The notes beneath the pieces were generated by a model. It was not told where the DNA came from and ran no database searches. It saw only the letters and a program-made list of their open reading frames with translations. A stretch of DNA of 64,000 nucleotides from positions 32,001 to 96,000 of IMG/VR virus record IMGVR_UViG_3300007539_000009; one strand, written 5' to 3'. Below, piece after piece: positions 8,701 through 17,040 of the stretch. Numbering within the stretch: the stretch's first letter is position 1; every line of letters starts with the position of its first letter. Source of the stretch: a virus. Made by a program: the position numbers and the translations under genes.

Positions 8701-8975
8701 CCTAGGGTCGGGTGCGTGACGAAGATCGCGGGCTGCAGCAGAGCAGGTGACGCGGTCTCGTTCTCTACAACACCACCCTGCCAGTTGGCGAAGTCAACTG
8801 CAGTCAGCGGCGTGCCGGCGTTGTAGTCGCCTGCTCCCGCGTCGATCTGGTAGTTGAGGCTGCGGTTCAGACCAATCAGCAGAACCGGCAGGTTGGTTGC
8901 CGGCGGGGTACCACTGATCGTGGTGAACTGCTGAAAGATCTTCAGTCCAGGACGAAGATTAGATGAGCTGGCCAT
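5721..8975 (-). CDS. Tail sheath protein with large inserted domains
   Basis: N-terminal RPGLKIFQQF...PVLLIG, core DNPLALAA...VYSIVPLTQD...KRER, and C-terminal IEDDPDQPDGFIMEYQVEPFFS resemble a sheath. Next to the tube gene. Confidence 0.75.
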   Translation of the reverse strand: MASSSNLRPGLKIFQQFTTISGTPPATNLPVLLIGLNRSLNYQIDAGAGDYNAGTPLTAVDFANWQGGVVENETASPALLQPAIFVTHPTLGTAEITTGVSFANLDESATTPNFSIAAGASATFEIASGTAGVFAVDTDTPTESSFTDSSADFVIDQVGDGDIIKVNGVSTYKVASGGLISDDQLLVTRLDKGPSTIGAVEAAKILVEPEDANGIRTLRSTSTAFNTAGGFGSTGTGVKQGDVLFLDHWSIRSQGIGLEFDQVGQSEGSLLSSPAIAVASNQRVVTLPSAGTTVTVWDNAAFTGTIFFTQNENAEYRPVFYTVSDETAATDQHIVQDFASGDLPDYVDADPNEGVAFRAYTYAPRAGASGTTGSFSAADAAGLRNFIDTAITGFPGTVEVGDHILIKDTDGIYRPVFEITNAGNLTSPSPSGHSPGTDNTLVVREFGEMYSDTLSASNVDYVICNPGSPLTGDTADIGAENVSGERVLTANGSTDFGADGVAAGDLVFSDAGVLLFVVITQDSATQLTVKDHPNKGIVLQSNETIEDIGFSVRRPLRADFTVKRVVNDSTLEITQLSTSPNNVPDTQTVKGAIYFQTAVDIAASPDVLGDDILLVGSADAASSLNYTVEKTLSGASLEGTVKLSYAEILNTSTDTFIRVTASTYQSLLGDPVPDNPLALAAQLATQNTNTEVYCLQVGDNNVTAWNTAFAAAASDAVYSIVPLTQDDLVLSAAQTHVLTQSLPVNKRERILYQSKWHVTQEDKSSLQSGDAPMISRTDPGGVQTVTVQRDLTAVDDIIVGDEFSGTAFDGTTLIDFSGRITVVNVVGSTTTLTMIPDGNIAKGVTDLTVTAYTIKSKLLSTTEFRDSIAAYTDAISERRVRNIFPSRCLLTFTDTTGFYGTVNEDVVDYQAGMQYACAIEAAKRAEYGPARPLTKVAGSGIQSIIDPFSGSADDQDVIINAGNYYMQQPGGEGATVSAIRALTTDTTAVEFYEDAVTTQIDNFARLLRAAIRPILGTYIRDEGFYDVLSGIQQGVRNSILEQKHIKSIKLNKIEDDPDQPDGFIMEYQVEPFFSASQGTIFIFI

Positions 8976-8981
8976 GTCAGA

Positions 8982-9788
8982 TCAGGGTGAGGTGCCGTAC
9001 CACTGGTCGAGGAGGTCTTCCGGAGACCCGTTGATGATGCTTGTAGGTGCTGCTTTCACGCACCCAAGGCCGTCTCCGGCCGGTTCCGGGTAGCCACTTC
9101 CCGACAAGTTGCTGATGCCTGCTGCTGTGGCGTACGTGGCAGTGGTTGACTTGACCCAGTTAAGGGTTTGGTGCACCACTAGCGTAATCGGCGCCACAAA
9201 CAGATCGTGCTGAGAGTCCGCACGCACAGACCGTGCTTCGCCGATGATCGGGCTGTCGATCTTGTGGATCCGAGACCCGTCTCGAATCTCCTTTTCATGG
9301 AAGCGGATGAAAGACCCCGCAAGCCACGCCAGGAGCTCGGCGTTCAGATCGTTGCGTGCGTAGCAGTTGATGCTGATGGGAACAGTCGTGTTGTCCTGGA
9401 ACTCAGCCTTTGACCGACCGGTCGTTCCGAAGACCCGCTGACCGGTAGAACCAACGGTGGTTCGGGGAACAGCGCCCCCGAACCCTTTGCCGTTGATCGC
9501 CAAGTCATTGAACGAGAACGTGCCCCGACTGAGGATGATCGCCGGGCGGCCATCTGTCTTGAACACTTCACTGCTGAACGAGTCAGCGATGACGAGCTTG
9601 CTGTCATCGCTGATCTCGTTGCTAGGTGTCAGAACAAGACGGAAGGGGTTCGGCCGCGCGGCGAACTCAGGGAACGTCTCTTGCTGAAAAACGTCTCGGA
9701 ACACCTCGAGCAGAATCCGCCGAGGGTAAGTCAGCGGATTGTGTACAGCGGGATCTGCCGTCCCGAAGCTCGGGGTTCCGTCAGCCAT
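8982..9788 (-). CDS. Putative tail completion / tail terminator protein
   Basis: Position between neck and sheath genes. RPAIILSR...ISINCYARNDLNAELLAWLAGSFI alpha/beta pattern typical of terminator-like proteins. Confidence 0.45.
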   Translation of the reverse strand: MADGTPSFGTADPAVHNPLTYPRRILLEVFRDVFQQETFPEFAARPNPFRLVLTPSNEISDDSKLVIADSFSSEVFKTDGRPAIILSRGTFSFNDLAINGKGFGGAVPRTTVGSTGQRVFGTTGRSKAEFQDNTTVPISINCYARNDLNAELLAWLAGSFIRFHEKEIRDGSRIHKIDSPIIGEARSVRADSQHDLFVAPITLVVHQTLNWVKSTTATYATAAGISNLSGSGYPEPAGDGLGCVKAAPTSIINGSPEDLLDQWYGTSP

Positions 9789-10326
9789 TCTGTCGGCGAG
9801 ACGCCAAGTACCCGATGCCGCCTGCTACGCCAAGGCCAGCAAGAACCGGATTCCGCCGGACTGCGCTCATGAGCTTGCTGCTGCCCACACCGGACCCGCC
9901 GGACCCGCCGCCGCGACCAGCGCGGACCTTATCTAGACGTGCTTGACGAGTAGCAGCGGCTGCGTCGCCTGCGGCGCGAGCAGACCCGGCGGTGCCCGGG
10001 TTTTTCATCGCGCGCTGCATGACTTCGTTGCCCCATATCGTCGGATTCTTGGCAGCGACTTTCTCAACGTACGCCTGCATGGCGTTGTCGAGCTCGGCAG
10101 CACGCTTCTCAAAGACCTCTTCGACACCTGCGAGGAATGCCGGGTGCTCGATCAGCTGGTTCAGCTGGAAATCCGTGATTGCGGCGATCTTCTCGACCTC
10201 CGGCTCGGGCTGCGGCTCCTCAACTACAGGGGCAGCCGGCTCCATCTCCGCGAAGAGCGCGGCTGTCTTCGTGTTGTGGCCCAGGATGTCACTGAGCTCA
10301 GTGATTAGCGTGTGTTCAGCGTTCAT
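9781..10326 (-). CDS. Protein with three K-x-A sites, acidic N-half and basic C-half (putative internal head protein)
   Basis: TKTAA, EKIAA and EKVAA. The C-terminal part is basic and ends in a hydrophobic helix. Confidence 0.7.
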   Translation of the reverse strand: MNAEHTLITELSDILGHNTKTAALFAEMEPAAPVVEEPQPEPEVEKIAAITDFQLNQLIEHPAFLAGVEEVFEKRAAELDNAMQAYVEKVAAKNPTIWGNEVMQRAMKNPGTAGSARAAGDAAAATRQARLDKVRAGRGGGSGGSGVGSSKLMSAVRRNPVLAGLGVAGGIGYLASRRQNG

Positions 10327-10895
10327 GATTTGCGACGAAGTCTGTTGTTCAGCCGGGACTCTTCCCAGCGACTTGCCCCTCTGTGAACAGCGTAGAGTCC
10401 TGCTCCTGACGCTGCACCTTTAGAGACGCCCCGTAAGGCAGCCTGGCCGACGGCTTTACGGCCGGCACCAGACGCGGACATAGCGCCTATAGCCGCCCCA
10501 GCCAGGGCACCGGCAGAGGCAGCATTAATTCCGGGCCGGGGATTTCCGGCTTTTCGAGCTCGGTATTGAGCGTAGCCCAGCCCAGCTCCAACACCCACAG
10601 CAGCTGACGCAGGCAAGGTCCGAGCTACTGCTTGAATCTGCTTGGCGGTCCTCAGGTTTGCAGGCGTCGTGCGGGCTACCTGCTTGGCAGTGCGGGCAGC
10701 CAAAGCCGCGTGGGCAGCACCGCTAGCAACCAAGCCCACCATGCCTGCACGCCCTCTTGGCTTAGCTGACGCTTTTGCCGCCTGAAACTCTTTGACGGCC
10801 TCCCACTCAGGGTCTAGCCGTCTGGGTTTCGTGCCTGCGGCGTCTGCGAGCTTGTCTAGCTCGTCTAGGAGATCACTGACTGACTTGCTTGTCAT
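10323..10895 (-). CDS. Basic Ala/Gly-rich protein with N-terminal DELxKLA tag
   Basis: MTSKSVSDLLDELDKLAD, amphipathic Gly/Ala helices, Arg/Lys rich. Coupled overlaps at both ends. Confidence 0.7.
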   Translation of the reverse strand: MTSKSVSDLLDELDKLADAAGTKPRRLDPEWEAVKEFQAAKASAKPRGRAGMVGLVASGAAHAALAARTAKQVARTTPANLRTAKQIQAVARTLPASAAVGVGAGLGYAQYRARKAGNPRPGINAASAGALAGAAIGAMSASGAGRKAVGQAALRGVSKGAASGAGLYAVHRGASRWEESRLNNRLRRKS

Positions 10896-13800
10896 CAGAA
10901 GTCCACACTCAGGATGCCCAGGTTAGGTGACCCCGCGCTGGGTGCGTTAGCGAAGGTAGTCTTCCCTGGCACCGCTCGGATCAGAATAGGGTTGAGTGTG
11001 CTCAGGTCCGGCACTTCAAGAGTCGTCTCGATGTCTGACGGATTGATCCGAGTCAACGAGAATGATTGGTTTACCAGCACTCTCTTGTACTCAGCTGGAG
11101 TGATACCACCAACTCGATACCAACCACCTTGGTTAGTCTCGTGGATCAAGTCGCGAGGACGCAGCAACGGATAGTTAGCCATCATTGCGCGTGTCACCGT
11201 ATCCTGCCGAGTGATGTCTCCAGGCGTGTTCTGCTTGGACTCCGGATCAATGACAGCAAGTGTGGCAATGGGCTCGTAATACCCTTCGGTGTATCCGGTG
11301 CCAAAGCACATCGGACAATCCGGGTCGCTGCTCTTTTGCATGACTGCATCCCAGCAGCTGCAGCGGTCTTCTGCGAACCGACGCTGGAACACCAGCACAG
11401 GCGATCCGCCTTGGCGGACAAGAACCTGGCTAGCGCGCATGGCGTTGATGGCAGGTCCCGTGATGTCCCCATCAAGCCGCACCGGGTCGTACGCCGGTAA
11501 CGCTGAGTTGTTGACTACCAGCTGCAGTCGGTAGAATGGCCGGCGCCACAGGTCACTGACGTTGACCGTGCTATCGAGATAGAACTGATTCAGCGCGGGT
11601 ACGAGGTCGATCTGCTCGTACGTCCCGTTTTCGGAGTACGCACGATCAATCCGGACCTGAGCAGTGTTCGGGTTCTCGTTGCCTACAGTCCACAGGTTCC
11701 ACCCAATCAACTGGGACTGGGCGTCCTGCTGGTAGACACAGATGTTGTCGAGGCGCATGCGAGTAGGGGGTGCTCCCGTAATAGATTGTACGACGGTCAG
11801 CTCGGCGGCCTGACCAGTCACGCTGTACGCCCGGTCTCCGATGAAGAAGTAGTAGAAGATGCCCCCAGATGCAGGGCGCAGCTGGAAGTTGACTGCCTGA
11901 GGGAAAGAGGGGGTGTCGGGGAACTGATTGCCCAGGCTGTCCACGCCTGTGGCATTGAAGACCACTGTGCCCGCTCCCAGGTATGCCTCTCGAGCTAGTT
12001 CGGCGCTTTGACCGGCCACCAACAAGGCCGAGGACTCTGCTATGAGGAACAAGGCTCGGGCGTAACGAAGATCGGCCACTTGTCCGTCTACGTAGTAGTT
12101 GGCTGTTTCAGCAGTCAGGCGCAGCTGCCTGCTAAGCGCCGCGTCTTGCCCGGCAGCAGTAAACAGCCCTTCGTCTGCAACCAAGATCTCGCCGACAGGG
12201 AACAGGGCGTCTTGGCCAGCCACAACGTAGGTGCCTAGCTCAGCCTCGAGCGACACCGCCTTGGCCACCGTCGCGTCCTGACCCGTCACAACAAATGTTC
12301 CGGTGTCGTTAACTACTGTCAGACGAAAAAGACCGGGCTGTCCCGTGACAACAAAGGTTGCAGTGTCAGCGACAAACACTTCTCCCAGCAAGAACAGAGC
12401 GTCCTGGCCCGAGACAGCGAAGCTAGCGGGGCTGGCTCCCAACTGGGCTGCGCGGCGGAGATCAGCACCTTGTCCTGTAAGCGTGAATGTCGCGACCTCA
12501 GCCGCAAGCGATTCGTCATTGAGGAACGCCGCCTCAAATCCAGTCAGCGTGAATGTTGCTTGCTCGGCCAGCAGCCCAAAGCCGAACAGTATCGGTTGCC
12601 CTGCTACTGTGTACGTTGACTGATCAGCAGCAAGCAGCAGCCCTCGTGACAGCGCCGCGTCTTGACCAGTGAGCGCAAACGTCGTTTGCTCTGCGGTGAA
12701 GAGCAGTGCTCGTAGGAAGCCTGCGTCTTGCCCAGTAAGGGCAAAGGACCCGACCTCGGCTATGAGCGATACACCAACAGCCAGCGCTGCGTCCTGGCCC
12801 GTGACGACGTAGGTGCCTAGGTCAGCTGTCAGCCTGCGGACCACCGACAACGTGGCGTCTTGGCCTGATAGCGCAAAGACACCTACTTCGGCAATGAACA
12901 AGTCGTCGAACAGCAGGCCGGCGTCCTGGCCGGTGAACGTGTAGCTGGCCTGATCGGCCGTAAGCAGCGCTGCGCGCGTAAGTACAGCAGCCTGACCTTC
13001 AACCGCAAAGGCCGCCTGCTCCGCAACTATGCGCAGTGCGAGGTCAAAAGCTGTGTCTTGACCAGTAAGCGTGTAGCTCTGCTGCTCAGCTACAAGTTCA
13101 AAACTAGCAGCAAGCCCAGCGTCTTGGCCGCTGAGTGTGAACGTAGCCTGCTCTGCAGTCAGCGACAGGCCGAGGATGAAGTCTGTGTCTTGGCCGGCCA
13201 GGCTGTAAGACGCCTGAGCTGCGTCTATGACCCGTGCTGCTGCTAAGTCGGCTTGTTGCCCGCTAACAGTGAACGACGCGTCATTGCTGACAAGAACTGC
13301 GTCACGTGTCAGCGCAGCGTCTTGTCCAGCGAGCACAAACGTTGCTTGATCAGCAGCAAGCGTCACTCCCCGGTTGAGCGCCGCATCTTGCCCGGTCAGC
13401 GCGTAGCTCTGCTGCTGGGCGAGCAGCGCACGTTCCGCAGTCAGCGCTGCATCCTGGCCGGACAGCGTGAAACTTCCACTGTCAGCGACAACGGAAAGTC
13501 CTCTAGCAAAGGCAAGGTCTTGGCCGACTAGGGAGAACGTTCCCTCGTCCGCTAGCAGGGTCAGCCCACGATTGAGCGCAGCGTCTTGGCCAGTAAGTGT
13601 GTACGTCTGCTGATCAGCAGTAAGTGTCAGTCCTCTAGCAAACGCTGTGTCCTGGCCAGTAAGTGTGTACGTCTGCTGATCAGCAGTAAGCGTAAAAGCG
13701 CCTACACCGGGAGGCGAGTACGTGAACCCGCTGAAGTCAATGACTTGGTAGCGGATCTCCGAGTCTTGTCCGGACCGGATGCGCCGAAATTGCACTGCCG

Positions 13801-14752
13801 TTGGCGACAGTGTTTCGTAGAGCCACAGTGGGCGCGTAAACGCAGTGCCTGTGCCGTTACAGGAGTTCCACCCGGTAACTACCGACTGGTTGGTGTCGTA
13901 GCTACTGACGGTGTCGGTTACTGTGAAGTCACCAGAGGCGGCCGTGACAGTATCGCCGTGTTGTACCACGAGTCCCGTAGGCGACGGGAACTCGATGATC
14001 TGCCACGCAATGTTGCTCGAGTAGCTGGTTGTCTGGTCGTACCGCTCAACGAAAATATCACTGGCGTTGAGAGTCGTTGCCAACGAGCACTGCTCGAGAC
14101 CGTTGCTATCGTGGTCAAACGTAGCGATCAAGAACGACCGAGATGTGTCGACCGTCACACCGGTACTGATCGTGGTGCCGGCGGCCAGGTTACCGCTGAC
14201 GTTGTCATACCCGTGAGTGACCGTGACGCCAGTAGGAGAAGCCCAGGTGACGGCTTCCCACTGAATGAAGTTTCGGTACGTACCGGACGCAGTGGCTCTA
14301 ACCGTAGTCGCGCGACTAGGGCTATCTAGGTGGACTGATACGAAGCCGTCAAACGCTACCGAGCTGTTAGCGGTGTTGTTGACCCACGTAGTCGCGGTCA
14401 AGAACGTGCGGTCAACATCCAGAGGGCTGGAGAAGTTGATTGCGCCTGTTGATGATCCTGTAGCGATAAGCGACAGACCCCTCCGAACAAAGAACTCCTC
14501 TGCATCGCAGGTTACGGCGTAGACACCTACATTGCCCAGAGCAGTGGTCGCAGGTCTTCGAGAGCACTCGATCCCGCTAGGGCTAATCAGCTCAGTACCA
14601 AACGCCCAAGTGTCTGGCCCCTCGTTAGCCGTAGAGGAGTTGCCAGAAGCTCGAGTGATCAAGAACGTTCTCTCTACATCGACAGGACTGATGTGCAGGA
14701 TCGTGCCATCAGTTACCGACGCAGAGCTAACGTACTGAACTGTAATAGACAT
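10895..14752 (-). CDS. Large neck/collar protein: beta-rich N-domain, about 26 x 22-aa repeats, FN3-like domain and C-terminal neck (head-tail connector) domain
   Basis: C-terminus LVRQGGSPVLVFQRR..DRCSCWD...DCPMCFGTGYTEGYYEP...YPLLRPRDLI...YRV resembles neck/head-closure proteins. Central (L/V)xGQDAxL repeats. Confidence 0.65.
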   Translation of the reverse strand: MSITVQYVSSASVTDGTILHISPVDVERTFLITRASGNSSTANEGPDTWAFGTELISPSGIECSRRPATTALGNVGVYAVTCDAEEFFVRRGLSLIATGSSTGAINFSSPLDVDRTFLTATTWVNNTANSSVAFDGFVSVHLDSPSRATTVRATASGTYRNFIQWEAVTWASPTGVTVTHGYDNVSGNLAAGTTISTGVTVDTSRSFLIATFDHDSNGLEQCSLATTLNASDIFVERYDQTTSYSSNIAWQIIEFPSPTGLVVQHGDTVTAASGDFTVTDTVSSYDTNQSVVTGWNSCNGTGTAFTRPLWLYETLSPTAVQFRRIRSGQDSEIRYQVIDFSGFTYSPPGVGAFTLTADQQTYTLTGQDTAFARGLTLTADQQTYTLTGQDAALNRGLTLLADEGTFSLVGQDLAFARGLSVVADSGSFTLSGQDAALTAERALLAQQQSYALTGQDAALNRGVTLAADQATFVLAGQDAALTRDAVLVSNDASFTVSGQQADLAAARVIDAAQASYSLAGQDTDFILGLSLTAEQATFTLSGQDAGLAASFELVAEQQSYTLTGQDTAFDLALRIVAEQAAFAVEGQAAVLTRAALLTADQASYTFTGQDAGLLFDDLFIAEVGVFALSGQDATLSVVRRLTADLGTYVVTGQDAALAVGVSLIAEVGSFALTGQDAGFLRALLFTAEQTTFALTGQDAALSRGLLLAADQSTYTVAGQPILFGFGLLAEQATFTLTGFEAAFLNDESLAAEVATFTLTGQGADLRRAAQLGASPASFAVSGQDALFLLGEVFVADTATFVVTGQPGLFRLTVVNDTGTFVVTGQDATVAKAVSLEAELGTYVVAGQDALFPVGEILVADEGLFTAAGQDAALSRQLRLTAETANYYVDGQVADLRYARALFLIAESSALLVAGQSAELAREAYLGAGTVVFNATGVDSLGNQFPDTPSFPQAVNFQLRPASGGIFYYFFIGDRAYSVTGQAAELTVVQSITGAPPTRMRLDNICVYQQDAQSQLIGWNLWTVGNENPNTAQVRIDRAYSENGTYEQIDLVPALNQFYLDSTVNVSDLWRRPFYRLQLVVNNSALPAYDPVRLDGDITGPAINAMRASQVLVRQGGSPVLVFQRRFAEDRCSCWDAVMQKSSDPDCPMCFGTGYTEGYYEPIATLAVIDPESKQNTPGDITRQDTVTRAMMANYPLLRPRDLIHETNQGGWYRVGGITPAEYKRVLVNQSFSLTRINPSDIETTLEVPDLSTLNPILIRAVPGKTTFANAPSAGSPNLGILSVDF
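11990..13700 (-). repeat. About 26 tandem 22-aa repeats, consensus LxAxxxxFxLTGQDAxLxxG
   Basis: Counted from the translation; 66-bp period. The first two units share an exact 38-bp DNA duplicate (13587-13624 and 13653-13690). Confidence 0.9.
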
Positions 14753-14766
14753 GGGCTCTAAACGAA

Positions 14767-14807
14767 CGTGGGCGCGGCACCACCGTTAGGTAGCAGCCAC
14801 GCCCACG
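14767..14807 (-). terminator. Long intergenic hairpin (weak terminator or processing stem)
   Basis: CGTGGGCGTGGC...TAAC...GCCGCGCCCACG, about 18 bp with G-U pairs on the minus strand, followed by TTCGTTT. Confidence 0.45.
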
Positions 14808-14825
14808 ACTTTGCAGCAGCAGCGA

Positions 14826-15242
14826 TCAGGCGATCTGCAGTAGACCGTTGGCGTCGCTGAAGTCGATCGTCAGACTCTCGCCGTCACCAAGCGTGAGTGC
14901 TGAGCCGTAGTCGTACCAACCAATCAGCGGGTCCGCCGGCGACGTAGGACCGTCGTTGTAGATGACTACGTACTGGAACGGACCAGTAGACCCCCCAGAC
15001 GATGTCATCGTCAGGTCCGCCAGCGTCAGCTGATAGGTACCTGATGTCTGGGTGCTATCACTGGTGGTGATGTTGCGCGAGCTCAGGTTCGTGTATGCGA
15101 TCTGAGTGATGTTCGCCAGCACCGTGTTGGTAGCAACAGGGGCGGAGTTTGTCAGCGCAACAACTAGCTGATCAGTTGCTAGATCGTGAACACCGTGGGC
15201 GATGTCCTCAACGAACTGGTTGAACTTGTTGAACGTTGCCAT
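14826..15242 (-). CDS. Small virion structural protein
   Basis: MATFNKFNQFVEDIAHGVHDL.TD.LVVAL...GPFQYVVIYND...DPLIGWYDYG.ALTL.DGESLTIDF matches a recurrent phage virion protein family. Confidence 0.7.
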   Translation of the reverse strand: MATFNKFNQFVEDIAHGVHDLATDQLVVALTNSAPVATNTVLANITQIAYTNLSSRNITTSDSTQTSGTYQLTLADLTMTSSGGSTGPFQYVVIYNDGPTSPADPLIGWYDYGSALTLGDGESLTIDFSDANGLLQIA

Positions 15243-15778
15243 CAGTTGCTCTTCTTAGAGAATGCGCGATGCGCCATGTTCGTGGCCGCCATGCCAGCCA
15301 GACCGGCGACCACGCCGCGTGCGCCGCCTCCGATCCTACTACCTTTCCGCACCTTAGGCGTGTGCGGGTCTATGTAGCCGATCTGCTTAGTCTTAGCCAG
15401 TCGGTCCGCCACCGGGGTGTGTGTAATGGTGGCTGATGTAGGCTTACTTACCGGTGCTCCTGCCGCATGCGCATCGCTCAGGTTCATGTGGCGCCGAATG
15501 TCGGTTAGCCTGGTCTTCTGCTGGTGACTCCTTGCTGCAGATGCGACGCCAGCACGGACTTTGTTCTCTCCGTACCTGAGCGTATTGCGCGCAGCCACGA
15601 GTGCGCGGCCCGGCTTGTTGGTCCAAGCGCTCACGTTGGGGTTTGCTCGGTGGGCTGTGTAAGCAGTCCCAGCAGCAGCAGCACCGCCTAACGCAGTTGC
15701 CGCTGCTCTGCCCTTACTGCTATCGTCATCAGCAGCTAACTTGGTCAGCTCGTCGATGAATGCGTCTAGGTAGTTCAT
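15242..15778 (-). CDS. Basic protein with N-terminal DELxKLA tag
   Basis: MNYLDAFIDELTKLAA, Gly/Ala hydrophobic helices at both ends, basic middle. Confidence 0.7.
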   Translation of the reverse strand: MNYLDAFIDELTKLAADDDSSKGRAAATALGGAAAAGTAYTAHRANPNVSAWTNKPGRALVAARNTLRYGENKVRAGVASAARSHQQKTRLTDIRRHMNLSDAHAAGAPVSKPTSATITHTPVADRLAKTKQIGYIDPHTPKVRKGSRIGGGARGVVAGLAGMAATNMAHRAFSKKSN

Positions 15779-15801
15779 TGGTTTGGCGATATTGCTTGAG
15801 G

Positions 15802-16353
15802 TCAGATGATGAAGTACAGGTTGTCGCCGTCGTACCCGTCGTAGTACTCGGTCTGACCCGCACGGTAGCCTCCATCACCGTAGGCAACTGAAATGTTCTG
15901 GCCTACTTTGAACTGGGTCTTCTTGTTTTCGTACTCAGCGCTCCACTCAGACACGATGGCCTGCAGGTTGCGCCAAACGGCGTTAGGCTGCGCGTTGACG
16001 TTACCAGCTGTATACGGCATGTCATTCCGCGCGAGCTTGAGGATCGTGGAGCGCAGCAAGCGCACAGCAGAGCCGAGCTGAATGATCGGTCGAGCCCCGT
16101 GGAACCGGTTGTTGGTCACCAGATCCAGGGGCTCAAGCCGATCGGACAGGAGCGGGGGAGTGCCGTTCCAGTCCTCAATAGTGTCGAGGATGTACCGCGC
16201 GATCTTCTCGTTCGAGTTCTCCTCGCCGTCGAACAGCTCGTTGGTCTGCGCGTAGTCCTGCACCATCGACCGGACCATGCGAATCATGATCGTCGGGATG
16301 GGAATACCCTGCTCAGTTGCAGTGCGGTAGGAGCTGTACGACGGCTCAACCAT
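15802..16353 (-). CDS. Putative head-tail adaptor (neck) protein
   Basis: Second gene after MCP. Helical protein with IEDWNGTPPL and LARNDMPY..GN segments typical of adaptors. Confidence 0.5.
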   Translation of the reverse strand: MVEPSYSSYRTATEQGIPIPTIMIRMVRSMVQDYAQTNELFDGEENSNEKIARYILDTIEDWNGTPPLLSDRLEPLDLVTNNRFHGARPIIQLGSAVRLLRSTILKLARNDMPYTAGNVNAQPNAVWRNLQAIVSEWSAEYENKKTQFKVGQNISVAYGDGGYRAGQTEYYDGYDGDNLYFII

Positions 16354-16949
16354 TACAGCTCGAGGTCCAGCTCCTCTTCGTCGTCTTGGTCGTCAAGCAG
16401 GCTGACGTCAAGCTCGTCCAACTGAACGAGCTCTTCGATGATGTCACGCTTGTTGAGCGCTGTGCTCAGTCGCAGACCGTGCACTTCAGCGAGCGTCAAG
16501 AGCTCAGCTTTGGTGTGGGTCCGCAGCTCTGTCACCAGCTCCGCCTGTCGTTCGACCTCCGGGTCTACCTCGGGCTCGACTACCGGCTCAGGTGCGGGTG
16601 TCGGCTCCGGTTCAACTACCGGTTCCGGCTCGGTCACCGGCTCAGGCGCGGGTGCCGGTTTGGGTGCTGCTGCTGCGCGCTTGGGCCGCTCCGTCGGAGC
16701 TTGGATAGCCGTCTTGGCTACGCCCTTGGCGTGCATGACACGCACCGCTGTCTCCGGCAGCACGTCTACACCGATGTACTCGAGCACGCGAGTACGCGAA
16801 TCCATGATTGCGATCTGGGGACCAAATCGCTGCATGAACTTGTGAGTGAGGCGGTCCCGGCGGACCTTGCGGTAGCGCTGCGGTCCGATGTCAATGTCCG
16901 GCAGTTTGCCGGTGATGCCGAAGTTGCCGACTGTTACGACGCTACCCAT
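16353..16949 (-). CDS. Protein with PE/PV-rich linker and C-terminal HeH/Rho-N-like motif
   Basis: EPEPVVEPEP linker, then LRTHTKAELLTLAEVHGL.LSTALNKRDIIEEL. Located directly after MCP, where such proteins often occur. Confidence 0.65.
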   Translation of the reverse strand: MGSVVTVGNFGITGKLPDIDIGPQRYRKVRRDRLTHKFMQRFGPQIAIMDSRTRVLEYIGVDVLPETAVRVMHAKGVAKTAIQAPTERPKRAAAAPKPAPAPEPVTEPEPVVEPEPTPAPEPVVEPEVDPEVERQAELVTELRTHTKAELLTLAEVHGLRLSTALNKRDIIEELVQLDELDVSLLDDQDDEEELDLEL

Positions 16950-16966
16950 TGTTCTGTGTAGTGGGG

Positions 16967-17014
16967 TAAAGGAAAGGGGCCCCGCAGACGGGGAACGTCC
17001 GTCTACGAGGCCCC
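16967..17014 (-). terminator. Intrinsic terminator after the major capsid gene
   Basis: GGGGCCTCGTAGACGG...CCGTCTGCGGGGCCCC followed by TTTCCTTT on the minus strand. Confidence 0.75.
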
Positions 17015-17040
17015 GTAGGTCACATCAGATCCGGATCAGA

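Noticed and set aside
7380-8826. 263-aa and 258-aa + strand ORFs antisense to the sheath gene
   Set aside because: Typical antisense frames in GC-rich DNA, with composition mirroring the sense codons.
13587-13690. Exact 38-bp direct repeat as a mobile-element or regulatory signal
   Set aside because: It is in frame within the 66-bp-period protein repeat and is explained by repeat expansion.
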